Source: Candidatus Auribacterota bacterium (GTDB lineage: Bacteria; Auribacterota; UBA6266). Taken from it: 32,000 nt of DNA. Positions 1 to 7,840 of this stretch are shown here, one piece after another. Numbering within the stretch: position 1 is the stretch's first letter; every line of letters starts with the position of its first letter. A model generated the notes under the pieces. That model was given only the letters and a program-made list of their open reading frames with translations. It had not been told where the DNA came from and ran no database searches. Where the stretch lies: assembly GCA_023136205.1 (NCBI GenBank), contig JAGLRQ010000063.1, positions 6,204 to 38,203 on the forward strand, read 5' to 3'. Both the position numbers and the translations under genes were made by a program.

Positions 1-759
1 GAGGATAAGGTCAACCGTGTCCGCGAGTTCCTCCAGATTATCGTGCTAAAGGCTCTGTACGAAAAGGATTATTTTGAGAAAGTCGCTTTTACCGGTGGAA
101 CGGCGCTCAGGGTGCTTTACGGCCTCAGGAGGTTTTCTGAGGATCTTGACTTTTCGCTTGTCTCCAGGAGCGGTTATGACTTTAAGCTGTTGAATGAGGA
201 ATTGCTCCGCGAGTTTAAGTTAAACGGGCTCCACGCCAATTCAAAACCAAAAGCCGAAAAAACTGTCCACAGCATGATGATCAAATTTCCGGGGCTGTTA
301 AACGAATTAGGGCTTTCCGCTTTTAAAGAGCAGAACCTTTCCGTAAAATTTGAGGTAGACACAAATCCGCCAAAGGGAGGTAAGCTTGAGAATACGGTTG
401 TCAACAAGGCGTTTATCCTGAATATTAAGCATTTTGATCTGTCGTCGCTCCTGGCGACGAAACTGCATGCGTGCTTTTTCAGGAAATATACAAAGGGCAG
501 GGATTTTTATGACCTTCTCTGGTATGCGGGTAAGGGCATCAAACCGAATTTGCCGCTGTTTAATAATGCGATAGAACAAACGCAAGGCCGTTCGTCGGCC
601 ATCACAAAGGATAATTTGAAGGCATTTATCACGGATAGGATCGAAAAGGTTGATTTTGAGGCCGCGAAAAAAGACGTCGAGCGGTTTCTCGAGGACAAGA
701 GCGAACTCAAGCTTTTTAAAAAAGAGGTATTTGAGGCCGCTGTTTCTGGAGTTTGCTAA
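1..759 (+). CDS. AbiEii/AbiGii-family nucleotidyltransferase (type IV TA toxin-like), 5' end cut by window edge
   Basis: Frame 1 is open from base 1 (EDKVNRVREFLQII...), so the GTG at 43 in the ORF track is probably internal. Motif FTGGTALRVLYGLRRFSEDLDFS fits the AbiEii/DUF1814 NTase signature. Paralogous to ORF 2138-2926. Confidence 0.75.
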   Translation, partial: EDKVNRVREFLQIIVLKALYEKDYFEKVAFTGGTALRVLYGLRRFSEDLDFSLVSRSGYDFKLLNEELLREFKLNGLHANSKPKAEKTVHSMMIKFPGLLNELGLSAFKEQNLSVKFEVDTNPPKGGKLENTVVNKAFILNIKHFDLSSLLATKLHACFFRKYTKGRDFYDLLWYAGKGIKPNLPLFNNAIEQTQGRSSAITKDNLKAFITDRIEKVDFEAAKKDVERFLEDKSELKLFKKEVFEAAVSGVC

Positions 760-1937
760 TAAGGGTGTCTTCCTTGTTTAAAAAATTATTTTTAACGTAT
801 ATTATTTGTTTTTTATTTTCATCTTCTCCTCTTTTTGCCGATATTCTTTGCGGCAAAACATATCAGCAAACCCTTCATGAATATATAGCCCGGGCTAAAA
901 GCTCAATTGTAGTCGCGATGTACTTCATTATTTTGGAGCCGGGAGGCAAAGGCCCAATCAATGAATTGGTTGATGATCTTGTAGATGCTGAAAAGCGCGG
1001 TGTTGATGTCAGGGTGATTTTGGAAGATTCAAAGTTTAAAGAAAATCGTCTTGCTTATCAAAAATTAAAAGAAAACGGTGTTAATGTATATTTTGATACT
1101 CCCGAACATCTTTTACATGTAAAGGGTGTTGTTGTTGATGACAGGTATGTCTTTATAGGCAGTGCAAACTGGTCAAGGGCGGCAATAGAAGATAATTATG
1201 AAGTTACATATTTTGAGGATTCTTCTCGCGATGCTATTGCTTTTAAGCAGTATGTCGAGAAAATCCCGTTTCAGGATAAAGATATGTTTCTACCTTCATT
1301 TGAAGGTGTGGTTATTTCTTCGGATTTCCTTCTTTTGCCTGAAACAGGCCGCAGTCTTCTTAAGAGCCGGGCTGTAAAGCAGTTAGATCTTTATTTGTTG
1401 TTACGCAAGATACAGTATGAGAACGGAGAGGTTAGTTTTAGTGTTGATTATGATGTTTTGGCTAAAGCAATGGGTTATACCGTTCGCGGTAAGTTAGGTA
1501 AATACCGTAATCAGCATCATTACTTCTACGAAAGGATACATCGCTCATTAGCTCGTCTCAGGCGTTATGGCCTTATTGATTATAAAAAAGGGGTAGTTTC
1601 CTTAAATCTTAAAGATAATCTCTCTATAGTAATTCCCTTTGAATACTGGGATTATCCCGGGAAGCTCTCTATGCGGGCTAAGTATATGTATTTGATTTGT
1701 CTGTACGAAGCCGGCCGTTCCAGCCGGTATCCCTGCTGGTTTCGCAGCCAGAAGGATATGGCAAAACTTTATGGTATAAGTGATACTACCATTTCTTTAG
1801 GCCTTCTGGAGCTTGAGGAGAAGGGTATAATCGAGGTTTTGAGGGACAGGCCAACTCCCCCCGACTTTTCCAACAGGAAAGCCAATGTATATAAAATGCT
1901 CGGTTTGCCTCAAAAAACAACTGATGTCCCCATTTAA
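753..1937 (+). CDS. PLD-superfamily (single HKD motif, Nuc-like) protein with N-terminal hydrophobic segment and C-terminal tandem winged-helix-like region
   Basis: HKD motif HVKGVVVDDRYVFIGSANWS (aa 122-141, nt ~1116-1175). N-terminal KK plus hydrophobic stretch ending PLFA-D. C-terminal HTH-like segments (VLAKAMGYT...SLARLRRYGLIDYKKG and QKDMAKLYGISDTTISLGLLELEEKGIIEV). Start overlaps the stop of the upstream NTase; alternative in-frame starts are GTG 765 and TTG 774 (AAGGGTG 6 nt upstream). Confidence 0.7.
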   Translation: MLIRVSSLFKKLFLTYIICFLFSSSPLFADILCGKTYQQTLHEYIARAKSSIVVAMYFIILEPGGKGPINELVDDLVDAEKRGVDVRVILEDSKFKENRLAYQKLKENGVNVYFDTPEHLLHVKGVVVDDRYVFIGSANWSRAAIEDNYEVTYFEDSSRDAIAFKQYVEKIPFQDKDMFLPSFEGVVISSDFLLLPETGRSLLKSRAVKQLDLYLLLRKIQYENGEVSFSVDYDVLAKAMGYTVRGKLGKYRNQHHYFYERIHRSLARLRRYGLIDYKKGVVSLNLKDNLSIVIPFEYWDYPGKLSMRAKYMYLICLYEAGRSSRYPCWFRSQKDMAKLYGISDTTISLGLLELEEKGIIEVLRDRPTPPDFSNRKANVYKMLGLPQKTTDVPI

Positions 1938-1938
1938 C

Positions 1939-2073
1939 TCGTCCCCACGTCCCACGTCCAAGCGAGTGCAACGAGCGATCGTCCCACGTCCTTCGTCCCT
2001 CGCGTCCCACGTCCAAGCGAGTGAAACGAGCGCTCGTCCCTCGTCCCCACGTCCCACGTCTTTCCGTCCCTCG
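1939..2073. repeat. A-type tandem repeat array 1 (unit CGTCCCACGTCC-AAGCGAGTGAAACGAGCGNTCG-TCC-rich tail)
   Basis: Two copies of the conserved core AAGCGAGTG(C/A)AACGAGCG(A/C)TCG at ~1962 and ~2016 (54 nt apart), embedded in CGTCCC/ACGTCC words. Starts right after the stop of the PLD gene. Same family as 3839-3928 and 4835-5018. Confidence 0.85.
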
Positions 2074-2102
2074 TTTCTGTGGTCTAACTCATTTTTTATG
2101 TA

Positions 2103-2131
2103 TTGCAATTTAGTTATAACTAAGTTATACT
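2103..2131 (+). promoter_or_regulatory. Candidate sigma70-type promoter TTGCAA-N17-TATACT for a leaderless abiEii transcript
   Basis: TTGCAA 2103-2108, 17-nt spacer, TATACT 2126-2131. Exactly 6 nt to ATG 2138 and no Shine-Dalgarno in between. Confidence 0.4.
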
Positions 2132-2137
2132 TCATAT

Positions 2138-2926
2138 ATGAATAAAGAAATTTACAGCATATTGCAAGTAAGGGAGCTGTTCCATCTTGAGTTCTTACGC
2201 TGGCTAAGTCGTAAAATTAAGTCCGAATTCTATGCTCTCAAAGGGGGAACGAACCTGAGATTTTTCTTTAAAAGCTTCCGTTATTCAGAAGATATGGATC
2301 TGGATGTGAATACGATTCCCGTAGAAAAGCTAAAAGACATTGTCATGGAAATCTTAAACGCCAGGTCATTTATAGACAATCTGAGGACACTTAATATTGT
2401 CCAAATCATTCCGCCTAATATCGCAAAGGCCAAGCAGACGCAAACAACCCAGCGTTTCAAGATTCATCTTATTACATGTTCAGGGGAAGATCTTTTTACT
2501 AAGGTTGAGTTTTCACGGCGAGGGAGGAGAGGCTCAGTTGCCGTTCATCCCATATCTGATACAATCCTGCGGTTATATAAGCTGGCGCCGCTGGTGGTTC
2601 CGCATTATGACATTCATTCCGCGGTGTCACAAAAGATCGATGCCCTTGCCGCCCGCGCGGTGACCCAGCCCCGCGATATTTTTGACCTATTTATATTAAG
2701 TTCTCAATATGATGCTCCGGAAGGTAAGCAAACTAAGTATACAGCTCAAATAGCCAAGGCTCACGAAAACATATTCACAATCTCGTTTGAACAATTTCGA
2801 GACACGGTTGTTTCATATCTGTCAGCTGAAGATCAAGCGGCCTATGGCAATCCTCCTATGTGGGATGAAATAAAATTGAAAACAGCGCAATTTTTAGAAG
2901 AAATAAGGGACTGCAAACATGTCTAG
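2138..2926 (+). CDS. AbiEii/AbiGii-family nucleotidyltransferase toxin
   Basis: LKGGTNLRFFFKSFRYSEDMDLDV NTase motif. 262 aa, typical size. Overlaps the downstream AbiEi-like gene by 8 nt. Confidence 0.8.
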   Translation: MNKEIYSILQVRELFHLEFLRWLSRKIKSEFYALKGGTNLRFFFKSFRYSEDMDLDVNTIPVEKLKDIVMEILNARSFIDNLRTLNIVQIIPPNIAKAKQTQTTQRFKIHLITCSGEDLFTKVEFSRRGRRGSVAVHPISDTILRLYKLAPLVVPHYDIHSAVSQKIDALAARAVTQPRDIFDLFILSSQYDAPEGKQTKYTAQIAKAHENIFTISFEQFRDTVVSYLSAEDQAAYGNPPMWDEIKLKTAQFLEEIRDCKHV

Positions 2927-3527
2927 ACAGAATATATTGGTTTATATAAAACAGTTAAACCGCCCGGTTTTTACGACGAGTGAAGTTATGGCCTTGTCCG
3001 GGAAATCACCGTCCACCATCACGCAATCTCTGAATTATCTGCAAAAACAGGGATTGCTTATCAAAGTTCAGCGGGGAATATGGGCCGAGGCCGACAGCCG
3101 GATTAGCCCGTACAGCATCATCCCTTTTTTAACGCCTCGGCACCGGGCTTATGTTTCATTTGTCAGTGCTTTGCATCTGCATGGGATGATTGAACAGATT
3201 CCTCAGGTGATTACCCTGGCCTCAACGTCTCATACCAGGACCGTTTATACAAAAATGGGGACGTTTGCAATCCATCAGATAGCGCCGCAATTCTTTAAGG
3301 GGTTTGATTGGTATCACGGGGATGGGAATTTTCTGATTGCCCAACCGGAAAAGGCCCTGGTGGACAGCCTATATCTCTCAGCGCACAAAAAAAAGCAATT
3401 CGGCTTTTTCCCGGAAATGTCCTTTCCAAAGTCGTTTAGCTTCGCCAGAGCACGGAAGTGGGTGAAATGTATTTCCATTCCGAGTGTGAGGCTATATGTT
3501 GAGAAAAAGTTAATTGAGTTAAGTTAG
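2919..3527 (+). CDS. AbiEi-like antitoxin / transcriptional regulator (N-terminal wHTH)
   Basis: N-terminus FTTSEVMALSGKSPSTITQSLNYLQKQGLLIKVQRGIWA is a typical AbiEi wHTH. ~200 aa and paired with an AbiEii gene. Confidence 0.7.
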   Translation: MSRQNILVYIKQLNRPVFTTSEVMALSGKSPSTITQSLNYLQKQGLLIKVQRGIWAEADSRISPYSIIPFLTPRHRAYVSFVSALHLHGMIEQIPQVITLASTSHTRTVYTKMGTFAIHQIAPQFFKGFDWYHGDGNFLIAQPEKALVDSLYLSAHKKKQFGFFPEMSFPKSFSFARARKWVKCISIPSVRLYVEKKLIELS

Positions 3528-3670
3528 CCCGCGAACAAGGGTAAAGCCTGATTGTAGATACTGCCGCTCCATGGATAAATCTGCGGCTTACCCACAGAGC
3601 TTGGATAACCCTTTGGGTTAACCACACTATCCACAATTCTACTACCACTATTTTTTGCTTTCTTCTTCTT

Positions 3671-3818
3671 AACGAGATAGTTCGAAGCGAAGCGTAGCCT
3701 CCCCCGAGGGGACGAGATACTAACAACGAGATACGGCTTCTAAGCTTTTTGTTTTTTTTGCTTCTAACGAGATACGATTCACGAGCTACGAGATACGGCT
3801 CTTAAACGAGATACGGCT
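3671..3818. repeat. B-type word repeat (A/G)ACGAGATAC(GGCT), about 6-7 degenerate copies
   Basis: Copies at ~3672, 3712, 3726, 3767, 3789 and 3805. Isolated remnants at ~4695 (aacgagatactgc) and ~5061 (tacgagatagtg). Confidence 0.75.
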
Positions 3819-3838
3819 TTTAGGATACTGTTTTTAAT

Positions 3839-3928
3839 TCGTCCAAGCGAGTAAAACGAGCAATCGTCCCACGTCTTCCCGTCCCACGTCCCAGCGAGTG
3901 AAACGAGCGGCCGTCCTTCGTCCCTCGT
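3839..3928. repeat. A-type tandem repeat array 2
   Basis: Cores AAGCGAGTAAAACGAGCAATCG (~3845) and CAGCGAGTGAAACGAGCGGCCG (~3893), 48 nt apart, flanked by GTCCCACGTC words. Ends with CCGTCC..TCCCTCGTCTCT, as array 1 does. Confidence 0.85.
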
Positions 3929-4056
3929 CTCTTCCCAACACCTATCTTTCCTATAGACTATAAGCTCATAAATATGCTTTAATTTCTCTCAGTTTACTAT
4001 ATACTACAACGAAGGTATATCGTCTTATTCTATGTGTAAAATTGAGGAGGTGTCAA

Positions 4057-4350
4057 ATGAGAAATAAATCAATATATGTTCAATTGAAAGATGCTAAGTT
4101 TAAGAGTTTGCTTGGACTTTACAAAGTCGACAGAATAGCCATTTTTGGCTCGTATGCTAAAAGTAAACAGCGGCGAAAGAGTGATATTGACTTCTTAGTC
4201 GAATTTAAAAAAGGAGCAGATCTTTTAGACCAGGTAGGATTAAAGCTCGATTTAGAAAAGTTGTTGTCTAAAAAGGTTGATGTTGTAACACCTAAATCTT
4301 TGAGTAAATATATTAAAAAGAAAGTAATAAAAGAGGCGGTGTATTTATGA
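4057..4350 (+). CDS. mntA: MNT-type nucleotidyltransferase antitoxin (HEPN/MNT module)
   Basis: GSYAKSKQRRKSDIDFLV matches the GS-X10-DxD minimal NTase motif. GAGGAGG sits 6 nt upstream of ATG 4057, so the TTG 4042 start in the ORF track is probably too early. 4-nt overlap with the downstream HEPN gene. Confidence 0.8.
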   Translation: MRNKSIYVQLKDAKFKSLLGLYKVDRIAIFGSYAKSKQRRKSDIDFLVEFKKGADLLDQVGLKLDLEKLLSKKVDVVTPKSLSKYIKKKVIKEAVYL

Positions 4351-4688
4351 GTAAAGATTATAAGGTATATTTACATCATATTCTTGATGCAATTAAAACT
4401 ATAGAGAAATACATCAAAGGACTCAGTGAAAATGACTTTTATAAAAATAAGCTTATTCAAGATGGGGTGATCAGAAATCTTGAAATAATAGGAGAAGCTG
4501 CTAAAAATGTGCCTAAAGAGATACAGAATGAATATTCCCACATTGAGTGGAAGGCAATATCAGGCATGAGGGATGTTCTTATTCATGATTATTTTGGTGT
4601 TGATCTGGAACGAGTTTGGGGAGTTTTGGTAAATAGAATTTCACAATTAAAAAAAGATATATCAGGGATTATTAAAAATAAGAGTTAG
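4347..4688 (+). CDS. hepT: HepT/DUF86 HEPN-domain toxin
   Basis: RDVLIHDY matches the R-X4-H-x-Y HEPN motif. 113 aa. ATGA overlap with the MNT gene. Confidence 0.8.
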   Translation: MSKDYKVYLHHILDAIKTIEKYIKGLSENDFYKNKLIQDGVIRNLEIIGEAAKNVPKEIQNEYSHIEWKAISGMRDVLIHDYFGVDLERVWGVLVNRISQLKKDISGIIKNKS

Positions 4689-4720
4689 ATTTAAACGAGA
4701 TACTGCTTTTTACTCTTTTT

Positions 4721-4826
4721 CTATCTGGTGACGTGGTGACTTGCAACTGATGACTTTTTATCTTGGCAACTATTTCTATCTTTTAAACTGGTGACCTGGC
4801 AACTTTTCCACCTTGCAACTGTGGAC
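4721..4826. repeat. C-type word repeat (GGTGACGTGGTGAC / TTGCAACTG / TGGCAACT words), copy 1
   Basis: ctatctggtgacgtggtgacttgcaactgatgactt (4721-4757) is nearly identical to 5151-5188. Further degenerate words continue to ~4826. Confidence 0.8.
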
Positions 4827-4834
4827 TAATTTAT

Positions 4835-5018
4835 TCGTCCCACATCCGAGCGAGTGAAACGAGCGCTCGTCCTTCGTCCCCACGTCCCACGTCCAAGCGA
4901 GTGAAACGAGCGGTCGTCCTTCCATCCCTCACGTCCCACGTCCAAGCGAGTAAAACGAGCGATCGTCCTTACGTCCCACGTCCTTCCGTCCATCACGTCC
5001 CACGTCCTCCCGTCCCTT
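4835..5018. repeat. A-type tandem repeat array 3 (three full units plus partial units)
   Basis: Cores at ~4847, ~4895 and ~4943 (48-nt spacing), each preceded by CGTCCCAC(G/A)TCC. Two further core-less CGTCCCACGTCC words at 4972 and 4996. Confidence 0.9.
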
Positions 5019-5110
5019 GACTTTCGCCGATAAATATGGTCTAATTTCCCTTTGATTATTTACGAGATAGTGTCTTAAAGTGGTAAATAAATAGGCCGTG
5101 GCTCTATTTA

Positions 5111-5187
5111 TTCTATCTGGTGCCTTGGTGACTGGTGACGTGGTAACTGTTCTATCTTGTGACGTGGTGACTTGCAACTGGTGACTT
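5111..5187. repeat. C-type word repeat, copy 2
   Basis: ttctatctggtgccttggtgactggtgacgtggtaactgttctatcttgtgacgtggtgacttgcaactggtgacttga. It forms a direct repeat with 4721-4757 around A array 3. Confidence 0.8.
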
Positions 5188-5242
5188 GAATAAATCAGAC
5201 CTGTCCCCATTTATTCTGATTTATCAAAAAGAGGTTTTACCG

Positions 5243-6259
5243 ATGTTCTCAATACTACTACTACCCCTATTCGCGGCGATGTTCCTGGCCATTAACATGG
5301 GCGGGAGCGGGACAGCTCCGGCTTTTTCTTCCGCCTATGGAGCGAACCTAATCCGTAAAGATTTGATCCCCGGATTATTCGGAGCTTTTGTTCTATTAGG
5401 TGCAATCATGGCCGGTAAAGAAGTTACCTTAACAATTGGAAAGGGGATTTTGCCGGATAGTTCAATGACTTTAACTTTGACCACTATTATATTGCTGTCC
5501 ATTGCCTTATCAATGCTATTCGCGAACATACTAAGAGTTCCTCAGTCAACAAGCCAGTCAACGGTATTTGCTTTAGTCGCGGTTGCTGTATACCAAAACA
5601 ATTTACAAACTAAAAAATTGCTCTTTGAAATTATCCCTGCCTGGTTTATACTTCCAATTATTTCTTTTTTTCTGACTTTAATCCTGGGCAAATATATCTA
5701 TCGTCCGCTAAAGAAGAAAAAGCTGATAAATTTCAAACAACTAAAGGTACATCCGGCATTGCGCCTGGGCGTAATTTTTTCATCCTGTTACGTAGCGTTT
5801 TCTATCGGTGCCAATAACGTTGCTAATGCCTCCGGCCCGATTCACAGCCTGCTGGTTAACCAGTTAAATATTCAAGATAGCGAAACTAATTATTTGATAT
5901 GTATGATAGTCTCGACTTTAATCATCGCGCCCTGTTTTGCTCTGGGCAGTTCAATATTCGGCTCCCGCATCCTTAAAACAACCGGAAAAGAAATAATCGA
6001 ATTTGGGCCTATAGGCGCCTTAGCCATCTCTCTTGTAACCGGAAGCTTATTACTCCTGGCTTCAGTTACTCGAGGAATTCCAACTGCTCTTGCTCAGCTT
6101 AATGTAGGGGCAATAATTGGCCTGGGCGCGTATAAAGTCGGTATAAAAGAAATAATGACCCGAACATCGGTGAAGAAAATTTTTATGGTCTGGGTTATAT
6201 CGCCGGCTATCTCGTTTTGTATAGCATTGTTGTTGGCGTTTTTGATGGTCAAGAAATAA
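5243..6259 (+). CDS. PiT-family (PHO4) inorganic anion transporter (phosphate or sulfate)
   Basis: [17 protein letters not shown] and [11 protein letters not shown] are the duplicated PiT signature motifs, and the protein is polytopic. ATG 5243 has AAAGAGG upstream, whereas the TTG 5186 of the ORF track lies inside the C-type repeat. Confidence 0.8.
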   Translation: MFSILLLPLFAAMFLAINMGGSGTAPAFSSAYGANLIRKDLIPGLFGAFVLLGAIMAGKEVTLTIGKGILPDSSMTLTLTTIILLSIALSMLFANILRVPQSTSQSTVFALVAVAVYQNNLQTKKLLFEIIPAWFILPIISFFLTLILGKYIYRPLKKKKLINFKQLKVHPALRLGVIFSSCYVAFSIGANNVANASGPIHSLLVNQLNIQDSETNYLICMIVSTLIIAPCFALGSSIFGSRILKTTGKEIIEFGPIGALAISLVTGSLLLLASVTRGIPTALAQLNVGAIIGLGAYKVGIKEIMTRTSVKKIFMVWVISPAISFCIALLLAFLMVKK

Positions 6260-6291
6260 CAGGGAAAATATTAAAAGATGGAGAAAATAGA

Positions 6292-7329
<1,038 letters not shown>

Positions 7330-7332
7330 TAC

Positions 7333-7450
7333 GGTAATCGTCAATCGGTGACGGCTAAAAAGACGTAACCGAAAAACGATAACCGATACGGGCATCGTAA
7401 CCGAAAAACGATAAACGATACGGGTTGCGTAACCGAAAGACGAATAAATA
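7333..7450. repeat. D-type direct repeat, left copy (includes 32-nt tandem unit CGTAACCGAAAAACGATAACCGATACGGGCAT x ~2.7)
   Basis: 7333-7418 aligns with 7836-7927: 22 identical nt, a 6-nt indel, then ~64 nt with 2 mismatches. Confidence 0.9.
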
Positions 7451-7840
7451 GTGGAAAAAAAGATCACAAGTTTCAGAGACTTAGATGTTTATCAAGGAAC
7501 TTATGCTTCAATGTTAAAAGTAATGAAGGAAATCGTTCCAAAGTTACCGGAACGTGAGAAATATGATTTAAAAGATCAGCTTAGTAGATCAAGTAAATCC
7601 ATTCCAAGGCTAATAGCTGAAGGATATGCAAAGAAACATCAAAAAGCAGGTTTTCAAAAATATATTGATGATGCAATGGCTGAATGTAATGAGACTGTAG
7701 TGAGTCTTTGTCAATCAAGAGATATTTATCCTGAAAATGTTGATATTAATTTGTGTGAAGAGTTAATAGATGATTACGATAAAGCTGGCCGTCAATTATA
7801 CAAGCTAGGTCAGGCATGGAATACATTTAAGAAAAGGTAA
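7451..7840 (+). CDS. Four-helix-bundle protein (23S rRNA intervening-sequence protein family, TIGR02436/PF05635-like)
   Basis: 129 aa. FRDLDVYQ N-terminus and the ...RSSKSIPRLIAEGYAKK... pattern are typical of the family. GTG start. The stop codon lies inside the right D repeat. Confidence 0.75.
   Translation: MEKKITSFRDLDVYQGTYASMLKVMKEIVPKLPEREKYDLKDQLSRSSKSIPRLIAEGYAKKHQKAGFQKYIDDAMAECNETVVSLCQSRDIYPENVDINLCEELIDDYDKAGRQLYKLGQAWNTFKKR

Noticed and set aside
1797-2145. ORFs 1797-2135(-), 1786-2016(-) and 1885-2145(+) overlapping A array 1; likewise 4929-5210(-) over array 3
   Set aside because: Their translations are low-complexity (DVGRGDEGR / PRPTS repeats) generated by the repeat itself. 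Frames are not conserved between arrays, there are no RBSs, and they overlap well-supported genes.
3571-3635. DnaA-box-like cluster as the chromosomal origin (oriC)
   Set aside because: No dnaA, dnaN or other origin-linked genes and no AT-rich unwinding element arrangement are nearby. The boxes all deviate from the consensus and may be one more word-repeat family. Kept only as a low-interest finding.
3436-3726. ORF 3436-3726 (-), 96 aa
   Set aside because: It runs antisense across the abiEi 3' end and the word-repeat region, with no recognisable motif or RBS. It is probably a chance ORF.
4721-4826. TGGCA / TTGCA words in the C-type repeat as sigma-54 promoters
   Set aside because: The GG-to-GC spacing in the candidates is 17 or about 6 nt rather than the required 12 nt offset (TGGCAC-N5-TTGCW).
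1939-5018. A-type repeat arrays considered as CRISPR arrays
   Set aside because: The units are directly abutting degenerate tandem repeats (~48 nt) with no unique spacers of regular length, the repeats vary internally, and no cas genes or leader are present in the window.
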